Assembly: GCA_043228905.1 (NCBI GenBank)
Contig: JBHGNT010000001.1
Coordinates: 23,250,001 to 23,314,000, forward strand
DNA length: 64,000 nucleotides
Origin: Azolla caroliniana
Taxonomy: Eukaryota; Plantae; Polypodiophyta
Reading direction: 5' to 3'
Shown here: positions 24,135-38,261 of the stretch, piece by piece
Layout: every line of letters begins with the position of its first letter
Position numbering within the stretch: the stretch's first letter is position 1
Program-made: the position numbers and the translations under genes
Notes under the pieces: generated by a model
The model's input: only the letters and a program-made list of their open reading frames with translations
The model's database searches: none
Told to the model about the DNA's origin: nothing

Positions 24135-25555
24135 TCATGCTGATTTTGGCCCCGATTGAACAATCCACGACCGGATCGCGCTCCAACCGAATCGGAGTGC
24201 CACGCGGTTCGGTCCCCAGTCGGGTCGTTCCTTGGTCTCTTCGTCAACATTTTCGTGGGCCGTTTCCCACCCATCTTCGCTGGCATCGTGCCAGGAATCC
24301 TCGATACAATCATCCATCTCTTTGGTCTCACATGGGCGCAAGGGCCCGAATGCCGAGTTCTCCGGAATCGGTCCCGAGGGCTCTTGTTCGTTCCTTCCCT
24401 GTATTGTCTTGCCGGTGATTCTCGGTCTCACGCCACCGCCTTCCTCCTCTTGGGACTCATGTGGGCACTCAGGCCTGACTGCCATGGTCTCGGGAGCAAG
24501 TGTTGGAAGACGCAAAGAATTGCCCGTCCGTTTTTCGCCCTTGTCCGTAGCCACTCGCTCCTCGTGGTCGGTGGTTGACCCCTTACCGATCGCACAAGCC
24601 CTACCTAGGCTTGCTTCTCCAATGTCCGAAGTTTCGGACTGACGTGCCCGAAACCGCCAGTCCCAATGTTCCGATTCTGCGATCGGTATCTCGGCCTTGT
24701 CCTTGGCCGTTCTATTTCCGCAAGCCGAGAGGGCGTTTTGTTCCGCACCCTCTCCCGTGGTACCGTCATATCGATCTTCTACCATCTCACGAGGTAAGCT
24801 CCTCTACTTGGCGTCGACTCGCAGCCTCGGTTTTTCCTTTTCCTTGAGCATTGCCTCGAGAGCTGCGCATGCCTCTGCAATCTTGGCCCCGAAGCCGAGC
24901 CTTGCCGATTCTCTTTGCCGTTCGACCTCTTCCCGCTGTGATGGCATGCCGTAGCGCACCTTCGCCTTAGCCTTCTCGGCTCGCTTGTCATCTAGTTGTT
25001 GGCATAACCTTCCGACCTTCGACCAGTCCTCCGTGAGGCCATTCGCTCCGTCCTCGTCTTCGAGCTCAATCCCGATGGCCTCCCGTTCCACTCCGTCGAT
25101 TGACTTAACGAACAACAGAACTTTCTCCACCCCCACCAAACCTTGTTCCCGCTCCGGGAGCCGAGCAAGCCGTTGCTCAAACTCTCAGAATGCCTTCGTT
25201 GCGCCCCGGTGGGTCTTTGCCGATGCTACCCACTGGTCGGAGCCGGGTCGTCCACGGCTCTTCCGCCACCTCCCATATGCCTGCAGGAGCTCCTCTTCGA
25301 AGGCCTCCCACGAACTATGAGCTTCTCGGAGCTCCTTCACTTCCGCGTGCATACGGACGACGACGACCCGACAAAAGAACTCCAGCCTTAACGCCTCGGC
25401 TACGTCTCGGTTCTCCATTTCCTCGTTGAAACGACCAACTCTTTCGACCACTCGCTCAACCGCTTGCTACGCCGTCTCTCATTTTGCTATTGCTCGTCCA
25501 AACTCCCTCACCGCTTCAACAAAAAGTTGCGTGAAGTCGTCTTCTTCCAGCTACA
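24135..25555 (-). pseudogene. Gag-like region of element E
   Basis: LRLEFFCRVV..MHAEVKEL, LLFVKSID, GLTEDWSKV; colinear with 12757-13954. Confidence 0.72.
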
Positions 25556-25678
25556 TTCTCCCTTCACATCGGGTTCACCAAATAGGTCACGTTATTACGC
25601 GCGCGCGTGTAAAAGGGGCCGGACCACGGGGGTCTCGGACGAGGGAGAAGAGGCATGCCAAGAAAACCGACACCGAAC

Positions 25679-25724
<46 letters not shown>

Positions 25725-27185
25725 GGAGAGCGTGCGCACAACACCGACTCTTACGCATAGGAAGCAAAAGGGGTGGAAACACCCAACACTACTAGAGACG
25801 CGGATTTGCACAACCAAACATACATACATACATACATATATATATATATTACAATGGAAGAGATACAACCCCGGCTTCGAGCTGGACCAAGGTAGGTTAC
25901 AACAGCAGTTTGTTGCCAAGCCACCGATTGGGGAGCTCTCGGGCTCGTTGCACCGAGCGGGGTCTTGCACAAGAGACCGAGCAAAAGCAAACCCTAAACA
26001 GACACGAACCCTCAACTCTCACGACGAGGAAGAAGAAGGAGAAGAAGAAGAAGAAGAAGAATAAAACAACCAAGACAAAAACCCTAGAACGAAGCAAGAA
26101 TAAGTGAAGAGGAAGAACACTACCAAACCCTAGACCTAAGTGGTATACCCACCTAACTCAAAATGGGCAACCCTTCACAAAGGCCTCTCCCTTCCTTTTG
26201 CAGAACAAGGAGAGGGATGCGTAACAATGTGGGATAAATCCCTTATTACATGGGATCCTTTGTCCCGAATTAACTCCTATTATTCACACGTTTTACAAGG
26301 GTAAGTGCACATGGTGCACTCCGCCGATTCTTCCGATATTCCCCGGTTTCTCACTATGGCCCGGAATCTTTACGATAACAGGTGTGTGTTAATTACATGA
26401 TGATGGATGGATAATCCATAGATCATTAACGTTAATGGGTGGATTATATGGATGATTATATAGTTGATTAAAAGGATGATAATATAATTATATGGATAAC
26501 ATCATCATCATTTATTAATCGATACGAAGGAGAGAGATAAGAGAAGAAATCAATGTTTTGAGGGATCATGAGTATGAGATGGATGGGAGGAATAAGGATA
26601 TGATGAGTGAATAGATCATCATTATTGGGATGACCATCATCACTATTTGGTTAGTACAATGATTCTCAAGAGGAATATTGGGATGATGAGTGAAGAGATC
26701 ATCATTATTTGGATGATCATCATGATCTTTTGGTTAGTACAAACTACAGTGATTCTCAAGGAAGTCACCTACTATCCCCACCGACTTCCAAAAAGGGGAT
26801 GTTTATCTCTAAAATCTAAACTAGAAAAATTTCATAACTAAACAAGGAGAATTTCCTAGTTTGGAAGCATTCAAGAAAGTAACCTTAGAGAGGTGGTCAC
26901 CGACTAGTACTCACTGACTTCTTAAAAGGGAAGGTATTGCTCCTAATGTCTAATCTAGAAATTCCTATAGATAAAAAAGGGATAAATGCCTAAATTGGAC
27001 ATATCTAGGGGGGATTTTTTTTTACTCACCAACTTAAGAAAATTGGGTATATAAGTATTCCCACTCTCTCATTATCTATCACTCTTCATTTCCTCATCTA
27101 AATCCTAAAGTCTTTTATAATACACTTTAGTACTGTAGACTTTAGTATACTTATTTCTTTCCTCTCTAAACTCTCCTTATTTTTC

Positions 27186-30100
27186 ATGGCTTCCTCCTCT
27201 CGTAATTCCGCACATCACACATCTCCCAATCATCGTAGTTTTTCGACACATCCCACATCTCCCACCCATTAAGGTCATCTAATTTCTCCTATGCGAGATG
27301 AGGACGACTGACCAATATCTCCGGTTCGTGATGAGGATATTAACGACGATATCGAATTTTTCACGAGGGATGATTTCCACAAAACGCAAGATGATATTGT
27401 CAAGTCAATGACAATGGTCACAACTGCATTCTCCTCCAATCTTGAAGGGCTTCTTGATGCCAATAGACATCAGTTTGAAAACCTTCAACAACAAATGTTG
27501 GAGTTAAAGGCACATGCTTCCACATCAAGCAATACAAAGAAACCTTCATTTACTCCTCAACAGTTCTCGGGAAGGGATAAGAAACGGAACCACGAGTTTG
27601 TGAGCAGTTGGATAAACCGATGGAATGCTCACTTTCACCTCGAGAATATTCAGAATGACTCTGAAAAGATCGATATGGCGGTTCGTGAGATGATTGTGCT
27701 GCAAACTCATGGTGGGAGCAGTTGGATAGAAAACTAGGAACATGGGAGGCATTTGAAAAGACTCTCAAGATGGAATTTGTCCCTCCCAAGACGACTTCTC
27801 AAGTGATACAAGATATGTGTCACTTTTCAAATAAGGGCAGGACTATTGACCAATTCAATCAGTATTTCCGTGACTTGATAACAAAGCATGGACTTTTGTT
27901 GGCATCTAATGAGGAAATACTGATAGGATTATATATTAATAGTTTTCATAATAAAGATTTTCATTATGAGATCCACACTCATCAACCCAAGACCTTGGGA
28001 GAAGCGATAGAACGTGCCCGCATTCTGTTTGACACAAAAGCTCGTTACCAACCAAAAGAGTCGGAAGGAGAAAGCGGTAAACATAGATACCAGCCTTCTT
28101 TGATAGGTGAAGGCGACAATGTGAAAAGGCAGGTAATAATTTGCAACTTTTGTAAGAAGCCTGGGCATAAAGCCAACGAGTGTAGGCGGAGAAAGGAGAG
28201 CAGTAACTCCAACAATCCGCAAAGAAAGCCATCAACTTCCAATAATCCAAGTATGTTCTTGATTTATTTGAATTCTGTTAGTTCTATTGCATTACAAAAA
28301 AATATTCTTGGACCACACGATTTACTTAAAACTTATGGAACTATCCACAATCAAAGTGTAACTATACTATTTGACTATGATGGCACTCATAATTTTCTAG
28401 ACTCTAATATGGTGCAGATATTACGAATAAAAACAACCAAAAGTGACTACGACTACAAAGTCCTTACTGCGGGAGGCCATGTCCAAAGACATTCATTAAT
28501 TGCACATGGTGTACCCCTAATAATAAATAACTACATTGAAAAGTTGACTTTTCATGTAATGCGTTTACGAACAATAGATGTAGTTCTTGGTTACATATGG
28601 TTTTATAATAGACATAGTATTTATATCGATTGGCCGAATCATACTATTTCTTTTGAAGGAAATAACAACCAACAAGTTTTTATTCATGGGATTGTGATAA
28701 ACAATTTAATGTCTGTTAATCATCTTTATGCTTATGATCAAAACGTCGATGCACAATTTTATGCATGTATATTAGAGCCCAATGATCCTCTGTATCAATT
28801 TGTAGATAAGAGTTCATTGGATGATTTTGAGAAAGATGCTCTATGTGACATCTTGTCGAATTTTAAGGAGATATTCCCGAATAAGTTACCTGAAGGACTA
28901 CCTCCTTCTCGGTCTATAGATTATAAGATAAACTTGGTTCCAGGCGCTAAACCTGTGAGCATACCCCCATATCGGTTGAGTCGAACCGAAGAGGATGAAA
29001 TTGCCTGACAAATCAAGGAATACTTGAGGATGGGACACATCCGGTACAGTAAATCGCCATGGGGAGCTCCCATCATCTTAGCCAAGAAGAAGGATGGAAC
29101 TTGGCGAATGTGTGTGAATTACAAAGGTTTGAATAAACTCACCATTCGCAATTCCTACCCTTTGCCTTGTTCTGATGACTTGATAGATAGACTCCAAAGT
29201 GCAATATATTTTACTAAGATAGACTTTCGCAATGACTATCATCATATCAGGGTTTCGGAAGAAGATGTTTCCAAAACAACTTTCCGAACTCGTTATGGTG
29301 ATTATGAGTTTCGGTTTCTACCATTTGGGTTGACTGATGCTCCAGCCACATTCCAGCAATTGATGAATGATATATTCAGAGATCAGCTTGGTGATTTCGT
29401 GGCCGTGTTCCTTGATGATATCATGGTATATAGTAATACATTTGAGGATCATATGCGTCATGTCCGAATAGTTTTGGACAAGCTTCGTGAATACAAGCTA
29501 TTTGCCAAACTATCTAAATGTTATTTCTTTCAAAAGGAGATTACGTATCTTGGACACCACATATCTAGGTCAGGTGTGTCTATTGATAAATCTAAGATAG
29601 AAGTAGTATTAAATTGGCCACGACCTTCAAATGTTAAGGAGCTACGATCTTTCTTAGGATTTGTTGGATTCCTAAGAAGATCTCTTCAAAACTATTCATC
29701 CTAGACTGCACCATTTATGGACCTATTGAAGGGTATTACAAGAAAGTCCACTTTAATTGTGAATGCACCTACTTTAGCTATACCTGATCCTAATTAAACA
29801 TTCGAAGTTGAGACGGATGCAAGTGATTATGCTATTGGGGCTGCATTATTTCAAATTGGGAGACTAATTGCTTTTGAAAGCAAAAAATTGGATTCGACCC
29901 AAAGAAATTACTCGGTTCAAGAAAAAGAATTATTTGCTATTATTTACGCCTTAAAGAAATGGTGACATTATTTATATGGTAGTAAATTTACTATTTTAAC
30001 GGATCACAAATCCTTGCAATACTTCCTCTCTCAAAAGAATTTTGAGGGTCAAAAGGCATGATGGGCGGAGTTGATGCAAGACTTTGATTTCGAAATTAGA

Positions 30101-33100
30101 TATCGAAAAGGGGCTTTGAATTCTGTTGCAAATGCCCTGAGTCATATTCCATAAATTAATACCCTAAATTTCGTGGAATTTAACAACGACTTATATGATT
30201 TGATCCGGGGTAAACAAAAATACCTTGATGACAGAACATTTTCGAAGTTCTGGAAGAGAACTGAAATAGGTATTGACGTCGATCATGGAACCACATCTAC
30301 CCCGAAGAACCTTTACTATGTTGCAAATGGGTTATTGTACCGCAATAGTAAGGTTTTCATACCACATAAAGGACATCAAGAATAAAGTTCTGTATGAATG
30401 TCATGATGCCCGTTCTGCTGGACATCCAGGTGTGCAAAGAACATTAGCTTTGATTAAAGCTAGGTTTTTCTAGCCAAAAATGAAACCTGAGGTAGAGTCC
30501 TATGTCATTCATTGTCCACAATGTCAGGTCATTAAGGCCGAGTGACAGAAAAAAGTTGGCTTATTGCAACCTCTTGATATTCCAACTAAAAAGTGCCAAA
30601 GTATATCCATGGATTTCATAGTTGGATTACCTCGTTCCGTTGAGGGAAATAATGCCATTTGGGTGGTTGTTGATCGGCTTACCAATATGGCAAGATTCGT
30701 TCCAACAAAATCCACAATTACCGCAAAGAAATTGGCAATTAAGTTTATTAAACATCTTTATAGCTTATATGGTCTACCGATGGAGATTGTAAGTGATCGA
30801 GACTCCAAGTTTACAAGTACATTTTGGTCAGAAGTTATAATGCAAAAACTGCAAACAACCTTCAGTCTCAGTTCTTCTGATCATCCTCAGTCACATGGGC
30901 AGACTGAGAGAGTGAATCAGATATTAGAGGATATCTTTAGAGCAAATGTAGCGCAAAAACCCTCATTGTGGGAGACTTACCTTCCTATGGTGGAATTTGC
31001 CTAAAACAGCGCTAAGCATACATCAACAAAATACAGTCCATTCATGTTGATGTATGATTATACGCCACGTCCTCTTATTGATGTTTCGTTTGATTCACAT
31101 ACTTTGGATAGTACAAAGGATTTTCTGTTTGATATGCTTGAAGCACGTAAATTGGCAGAAGAAAACCTTAAGATGGCATGGGACAGAAATGTCTTTTATG
31201 TGAATCCTGATAGAAAACCGAGGGAATTTCACGTAGGACAACACATTTATCTACTAGTTCCTAAGGACTCAGGAACATTGAGAATAAGACCGTATGCAAA
31301 ATTAGCCCCAAGGTATTGTGGACCATATAAAGTGTTAAGGATTAGGTAATTAATTAAGGAATAATTATTACCTAGTTATGTGATTAAGTTAAGCAATTAC
31401 GTAGGGGAAGATTAAGTGATGTGTGTGTATGTGTGCGTGAGAGGAAGAGAGAGAGAAGTACACTTATGAACACAAAAACAAGATGGGGGATGATAAAGTA
31501 TATTAAAAGGTAAATATAATCAACTATCATCAAATACAAAAATACCTTCAATGAGGTATATATAGGTTTCATGTGCAAGGGTGCACATGTGCTAGGAGAA
31601 TATAGGTACAACGTGTAAGTCCTATATTAAATGAGCATGGAGTGGTGGATCTACAATGTATCCCACTCAAATACAAAATCCTATTTAAGGCTTTATGGTC
31701 AACACACTAACTAGATTCTATCTAGGTAACTACTAAGTTACATGTGTTGACTAACTAACTAAACTAAGTTGAGCTTGATCTCTCAACACTCCCCCTACAA
31801 CTCAAGTTCGGGGCATCAGGTGCCCGCTTTGGCTTTCAATGTTCAGATCTTCGATTTGGATTGAATTGGCTTCGGCTTTGGATGGCCGGTAGTGTGATTT
31901 TGGCATCGATATTTTCGTGGCAGTTTTTGTTCCTCCCCCTCAAGCCTTTGATGAAGGCTTGTCGTGTGAAATTGGCGAAGGTCGACTGCTTCCACCCATC
32001 GTGGGTCACGAGCCGCTTCCGTAGGGCTATCAAGCTTTTGTTCGGCCGTTACCTTCATCGTGAAGGCGTAATGATGGGCCATATACTCGTTGTAGCCGAA
32101 CCGAATGACGAGATTCATCTCTCTAGAAGAGCGTCAAAGTTTTTGCTCACCGATGTGAGCGCCTTTTTTACTTCGGGTGTCCGCATGATGGGTACACCAA
32201 ACTCACTGTCTAGTGAGGGAGTCGATCCATCCGAATCATTGTCGTCGGGGTGATCGACTTCGTTTTCAGGCATCTTGCCCTTGCCCTTGTTCGATTTCAG
32301 ACTTGCCCGCGACGTGCTTGGGTCGCGTGAAGATTCTTGTGGGCCACTAAGCTCAGTCATAATCAGACTTTCTTCGCTCATATGTGCGAGTTGATCTTCG
32401 GCTTCTACCTCTTGTTCGGCGTAATCCGCATCGAGCGTAGTCGGAGTCGAAGAGGTCTCTGGTGCATACTTAGGATGCATACTCATAGAAGACTACATCT
32501 CGACTTACGCGAACTTCTCGCATCGACGGGTTGTAGCACTTGTGCACCTTCTTCTCGGACGAGTAGCCTACGAGGATACATCTCTCCGACTTTGCTTCAG
32601 GCTTCTTTCATTGTTTGTTCAGGATGCGTACATTCGCAATGCTTCCGAACACTTTGAGATGCAACAGGATCGGCTTCCTTCCAACAAGGAGCTGATATGG
32701 AGTTAACTCATGCACTCCATTCGTGGTGCACCGGTTCATGAGATAGACGGTCGTGGATGCCGCTGCGGCCCAATAGAATTTCGGCATGTGCTTCTCATGC
32801 ATCATGGCGCGTGCTACCTCAAGTATTTGTCGATTTTTCCTTTCGGTGACTCCATTTTGTTGGGGTGTGTGTCAGCATGAGAATTCTCTCTGAATGCCTT
32901 CAATTTGGAGGTAGGAGGTGAATTCATCGGAGAAGTACTCCTTCCCTCCGTCCGATCATAAGCATCGAATGTGCCGACCGGTTTCTTTTTCCACTTGACG
33001 CTTGAGCTTTTGGAAGTGAGAGAGCACTTTGCTTTTCTTCTTCATCGGGTAGATCCACGCATAACGTGAATAGTCATCGATGAAGGTTACGTAGTATCGG

Positions 33101-35647
33101 CATCCGCCGATCGTCGGCGTTTGAGCCGGTCCCCATACATCCGAATGTATGACATCGAGGAGGCCTTTGCTCGCGTGGCTCTCCTTTGGGAATGGGAGTC
33201 TATGTTGTTTGCCGAGTTGCCACGCTTCACATACTCGGTCAACTCATTTCGACTCGAATGTCGGAAGTCCGATGACGGCTCCCTTGGTTTGCATCGCTCG
33301 AAGCCATTGGAGGCTTATGTGGCCGATTCTTTTGTGCCACAACTCGATGTTCGTCTCGTTTTTGAGACCTTTAGTGTACATTGCCGATTTCACCTCGTTC
33401 GAATCAAGGATGAACATTCGGCAGTCTCTCCACCCCTTCGCTATGAGTTGGCCATCTTTCTCGATAAAACAACCTTCGTTGTTGAAGCGGACTTGTATGC
33501 CTTGCTCCATGATTTGGCCGACCAAGACCAAATTCTTCGTTATTGTGGGCACGTGCAACACATTCTTGATGCAAGTTTGCTCGCCTTCTTTCCCGAATGG
33601 GACATTGTTGATGTGCCGAATGGGATGTGTGGTGTCGTCTCCCGTCTCTATGTAGCCAGGTCGATCCGGTGTACGCAAGTCATTGAACCACTCCTTGTGG
33701 GATGTCATGTGATGTGAGGCGCCGGAATCAACGAACCACACGTCTTCCGAATTGGAGGTGCTTGCGGAGTTGGAGGCCGTCATAGAGTTCTCTCTATGCC
33801 TCATTACGAACATTCTGCCACGATCGCCGTAGTCGGAATTCGATGCGTGATTCGTGAACATTCCGCTACGATTGTCGTAGTCAGAGTTCGATGCGTAGTT
33901 TGTGAGTTGTCGACTTGTTGAAGCCGACTTACTTCTTTTTTTTCGACACTCCGCCTCGTAGTGGCCGATTTTGCTGCAATAATTGCAAGTTGCGGGCCTC
34001 GTTTGCCGACCTTGTTCGGCTTGGAAGCTCCCCCTTCTTCCGAAGGTTCCTCGATGGCTTCCTCTTCTACCACCACGACCTCTTCCTCTACCACCGTCCG
34101 AATTCAAGAAGAACATTTGTCCTTCCGGTGCCTTGCTTTTGGTTCGTACGTGGTTTTCTTCGACCAATAACATCGATTGGAGGTCGAAGAATCAAGGAGG
34201 GTTTTCGCTCGCCAAGATTGCCATTCGTAGTGGATCAAATCGTTGTGCGAGGCCACCTCGTCTTCGTCAACGTTTGTGTTGATGGAGCCAAGCGAGTCGC
34301 AAATGCTCTTGATTTTGGTGGTGTAGTCCGACACGGACATGTCTTTTTGCCGAATGTTATTCAACTCTTGTTGGAGTTGAAGTTTGCGGGCGGTCGTGTT
34401 GGCGGCGAACATTTTCTTTAAGTTCTCCCACGCCTCTTTAGGCGTCTTGGTGTCTCAAATGTGGCTAAGCATGTGGTCGTGGACACATGTTGCCAAGCAA
34501 TACATTACCCGACTCGCTCCTTGCTCCCACGTTGGGTAGTTGGCGTTTGTGATGTCGGGTTTGTTCTCGAGTGCGCAGTTGATGTAGCTCCAATACCCTT
34601 GGCCAACGAGGTATTGGGTCATCTTGTACTCCCAAGATGAATAATTGCTCCGGTCTAGCTTTTCGCTAGGGAGCAAGCTACCCATTTGTGTGTTCATGTT
34701 GTTTTGTTTCTTCCTTTTTGGCTCTTCTTTTTTCGATCACGTACTTGTGCTACATAGCGGCACTACGGTAGCGGATGGCCGGAATTTGTCGTCGACGTTT
34801 TGAACACACAATCACGGAGTGTCAGGTGGGCTTTGTGGATATGCTAAACCACACGCTCTGATACCATGTTAAGGATTAGGTAATTAATTAAGGAATAATT
34901 ATTACCTAATTATGTGATTAAGTTAAGCGATTACGTAGTGGAAGATTAAGTGATATGTGCGTGTATGTGTGCGTGAGAGGAAGAGAGAGAGAAGTACACT
35001 TATGAACACAAAAACAAGATGGGGGATGATAAAGTATATTAAAAGGTAAATATAATCAACTATCATCAAATACAAAAATACCTTCAATGAGGTATATATA
35101 GGTTTCATGTGCAAGGGTGCACATGTGCTAGGAGAATATAGGTACAACGTGTAAGTCCTATATTAAATGAGCATGGAGTGGTGGATCTACAATGTATCCC
35201 ACTCAAGTACAAAATCCTATTTAAGGCTTTATGGTCAACACACTAACTAGATTCTATCTAGGTAACTTCTAAGTTACATGTGTTAACTAACTAACTAAAC
35301 TAAGTTGAGCTTGATCTCTCAACATAAAGTTTTAAAACGTATAGGTCCCAATGCTTATCATTTGGATTTGCCTTCCAATGTGATTGTTCATCCCCTATTC
35401 CACGTGAGTCGATTGGTTATGATGATAACGTTGTAACACCGTCTAATTTATTGACATTAGAGGATGATCATTTTGCTCCACATGAACCTAAGAAAATCCT
35501 CGACCATAGGTCTAGAAACCTAAGGTCAAAAGTTGTTCATCGCTATAAGGTTAAGTGGAAGGATAGATAGGAAGAAGACAACACATGGGAAACTGAAGAG
35601 ACATTATGCAAACATTTTCCTAACTTCCCATTGCAAGAGTGCAATTA
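27186..35647 (+). pseudogene. Chromovirus gag-pol (Gag, PR, RT, RNaseH, INT, chromodomain), interrupted by Copia 31333-35324
   Basis: CNFCKKPGHKANEC, LFDYDGTHNF, VFLDDIMVYS, VETDASDYAIG, SMDFIVGLP, YCGPY; chromodomain ILDHR...YKVKW...TWE at ~35490-35630; many stops. Confidence 0.92.
31333..35324 (-). mobile_element. Ty1/Copia element lacking RT/RNaseH (LTRs 31333-31788 and 34867-35324)
   Basis: Perfect TSD TAAAG; PBS-Met 34855-34866; PPT 31789-31796; gag, CNYCSKIGHYEAEC, VDSGAS, LWHKRIGH, integrase. Confidence 0.93.
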
Positions 35648-37048
35648 AACGGAGGGGGGGAGTATGTAATGTTCATTGCTTTAGACGTGCTTATTAGGGG
35701 GCTATCATACTGTAATATTTGAGTCTTTGGCTTTATTGGACTAACCTAATGTGTGTCATACGGTATCCTGCACATGATAGGTCAGGTAGATGTCATTACA
35801 TGGCCCAGATCCTATAAATAGGGGAGACTCTCCTTGGTTAAGGGGGAACCCCATGAGTGGTTCAGACGAAGCTCTCTTTGATGTGGACTAGTCATCTACC
35901 AAGGTCCTGACGTGGAGATCCTAACTGGTATGGGACAGATCATGATTCCTCATTTGCGTTGTCGACCCTGGCGCGGGGGCGGATGGGTGGTAACGCGTAT
36001 TTTCAATATGATTGTGTCAGTTATATCTTTATTTTAGGATTAATGATCTTGGTTATTACACCGATTCAGTGGTAGAGGGTTCAACTTCTCGTGAAGCTGA
36101 CCACGTGTTGTGTGTTGGGCCTTCGTGAAGGGTTGGCACATCAGTGAAAATTACCTTTTGGACTTCGATCGGTTTTTTGACCGATTGATGCATGGACGAC
36201 TCATTGAACACGACGTCCGAACTTCGGACGATCTGTCTGTGATCGGGGTCCCAGAGTCGGTATCCCATTTCGCCATTTCGTCCATAACTAAGGAAAATAC
36301 ATTTCATGGACATTGGTGCAAGTTTGTGGCGATTATCTTTCGGGATGAGGGCGTACGCCTCGCATCCGAAAATCCTCAGCTTGTCATAATTCCGCTTACT
36401 GCCAGTCCATAATTCTTGAGGGATCCGAAGTCCTAGAGGCCTACTCGGCGACATATTGATTATGTGTACTACCATAAGTAGGGCCTCTGCCCAGAAGCCA
36501 TCCGACAGTTCGGAGTGTTGGAGACTATCCTTTCTTGAATTGTCTGATTCATTCGCTCAGCAATTCCATTCTACTCTAGACTGTGGAGTGCCGTAAATTC
36601 ACGTCCTATGCCATGTTGTCAACAAAATTTGACGAATTCCTCTAATTTGAACTCTCCCCCATTATCGGTTCGAAAGCATTTTAGTTTTTGGCCAGACTAA
36701 TTCTCCACCATAGCGAGCCAATCGAAGAATATCGAGAACACTCGATCTTTCGTTTTGATCGGATAAGCCCACACCTTCCGAGTCGAGTCGTCAATGAAGT
36801 TGACGAAATACAAAGCACTGTCGAGAGACTGATGTGGCATAGGACCACAGACGTCCGAGTAGACCAAATCAAGCGGACTCGATTCTCTCGGGGCGGATAA
36901 CGGGTGTGTCGTGGCTGTCTGTTTGTCGTATTGGAAATGCTTGGCACAGAATTGATGATCCGAGAAGGAGAGTTTGGGGATGTATCCGGTTTTGGATAAG
37001 TGCATGATGCAGGCCTTGCTAAGGTGTTCGAGTCGTCCATACCATAAT

Positions 37049-37908
37049 GAAACACATTGAGGTATGGTTCCATCACATCCCGGAGCTCGTAATAGAAAAG
37101 AAGCTGGAAGTCCGGAAGATCGACACTGAGGTGAACATTGCCTGACGAAGCCAGTCCGAGAACAACACTTTAGAGCACTAAGGACAAGGATGGGACTATG
37201 ATAAGCGATTGATCCGAAGAGTGTTGAGCAAGGAGTAGAAGGTAAGTCGAAGACCGACCTGATTGGACGAGCCGACAAGGCAAAGTCAAAAGAATTGGAA
37301 CGCCAACAAGCTGAAGATGCAAAATTGAGTGAGGACATCGACTGAAGAGGAAACTATTGAGGATCCAGTGAGGAGCACAGGACCAAGCACAAGCAGACAA
37401 TAGACGATCGACCCAAGGCCAGGAAACAGAATCTGACATGAGCCGATCCAGACAAATAAGCCGACTCGGAGACAAGACATTTCGAACAAGTCGATCCGAC
37501 CGATTCCGATAAGCCGACCCAAATGACTAGCCGAATCAAGCTAGATACTGATTTTACCTCTGCCGACTCACCTATATGCCGACTGACTTATAAAAATAAC
37601 TTTAGATTAAATTGTAATCTAGGTTTAAGGGGGAGATAACCCCATGCAATTCTATGAAGAAAGAGTAGTCCTTTCACGGGGGAGTTTGTTGGCATAAAAG
37701 GACGACTCCTTCCACTTTGTATCCTAGTGTGAACACGTCTTGAAGTTAGGGCTTGAGTATATAAGCTCAACCCTAACATTGTAACATTGATTGATCTTGA
37801 GTCTTGTAGAGAGAGAGTTACAAAGAAATAGAGAACTTCCATTGAAGCTCTAACCGTGTTTACTGTGTCTATCGTCTTCTTCTTCTTCTTCTTCTTCTTC
37901 TTCTTCTT

Positions 37909-37939
<31 letters not shown>

Positions 37940-37945
37940 TCACTA
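37049..37945 (+). mobile_element. 3' end of a different Copia element (RNaseH tail, 3' UTR, PPT, LTR start ~37687)
   Basis: KHIEVWFHHI.ELVIEKKLEVRKIDTEVNIA; GGGGGAG tracts near 37629 and 37678; TGTTGG; right boundary uncertain. Confidence 0.65.
37875..37938. repeat. (CTT)n microsatellite
   Basis: About 21 consecutive units. Confidence 0.95.
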
Positions 37946-38261
37946 CATATCTATGTTGTTTGTTATGAATAGGAAGACAGTTCCTCATACACATACTTCC
38001 GCGCATATATCCAAACTCACAACAACAAAATACTCTACCTATGGATCATTAACCAATATAAGAAGAAATGGCACAATTCACATTTTCAAACTTGCAAGAA
38101 GCATTAGACACCACTTGGAATTTCCAAGATTAAATATACATAGGAAACAACTACTAAAGAGTACAACTACTAAAGAAATAGTGGCACCTATAACATTTCA
38201 ATTCCACATGAAAGATTCTATATTAGCGTGAAAAATATACCACCATACATACATCTCTCTG

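Larger units (their letters stand above)
8236..26377 (-). mobile_element. Non-autonomous Trp-group element E (LTRs 8236-9032 and 25585-26377)
   Basis: Two ~795-bp direct repeats; PBS 25564-25580; PPT next to 9033; gag-like 5' region and no pol; TSD not recoverable (ATCA vs ACAG). Confidence 0.88.
7221..36060 (+). mobile_element. Chromovirus (Ty3/Gypsy) with tRNA-iMet PBS, full length, degenerate, host of nested elements
   Basis: LTRs 7221-7611 and 35665-36060 (TGTAAT...ATTACA); PBS TGGTATCAAAGC at 7614; PPT 35651-35662; flanks CCGAG/CCGAT. Confidence 0.92.
5177..37048 (-). mobile_element. Ty1/Copia element, 5'-truncated (3' LTR ~5177-5310; RNaseH/RT 5477-7220; integrase 36061-37048), split by the chromovirus
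   Basis: PPT AGGGGAG next to TGTTGA; YVDD, SKHID, YSDVCGP, RIFGCEAY motifs; near-TSD CCGAG/CCGAT reunites the halves. Confidence 0.8.

Noticed and set aside
26590-27000. Two pairs of short direct repeats in the chromovirus leader
   Set aside because: Ordinary leader duplications with no further structure evident
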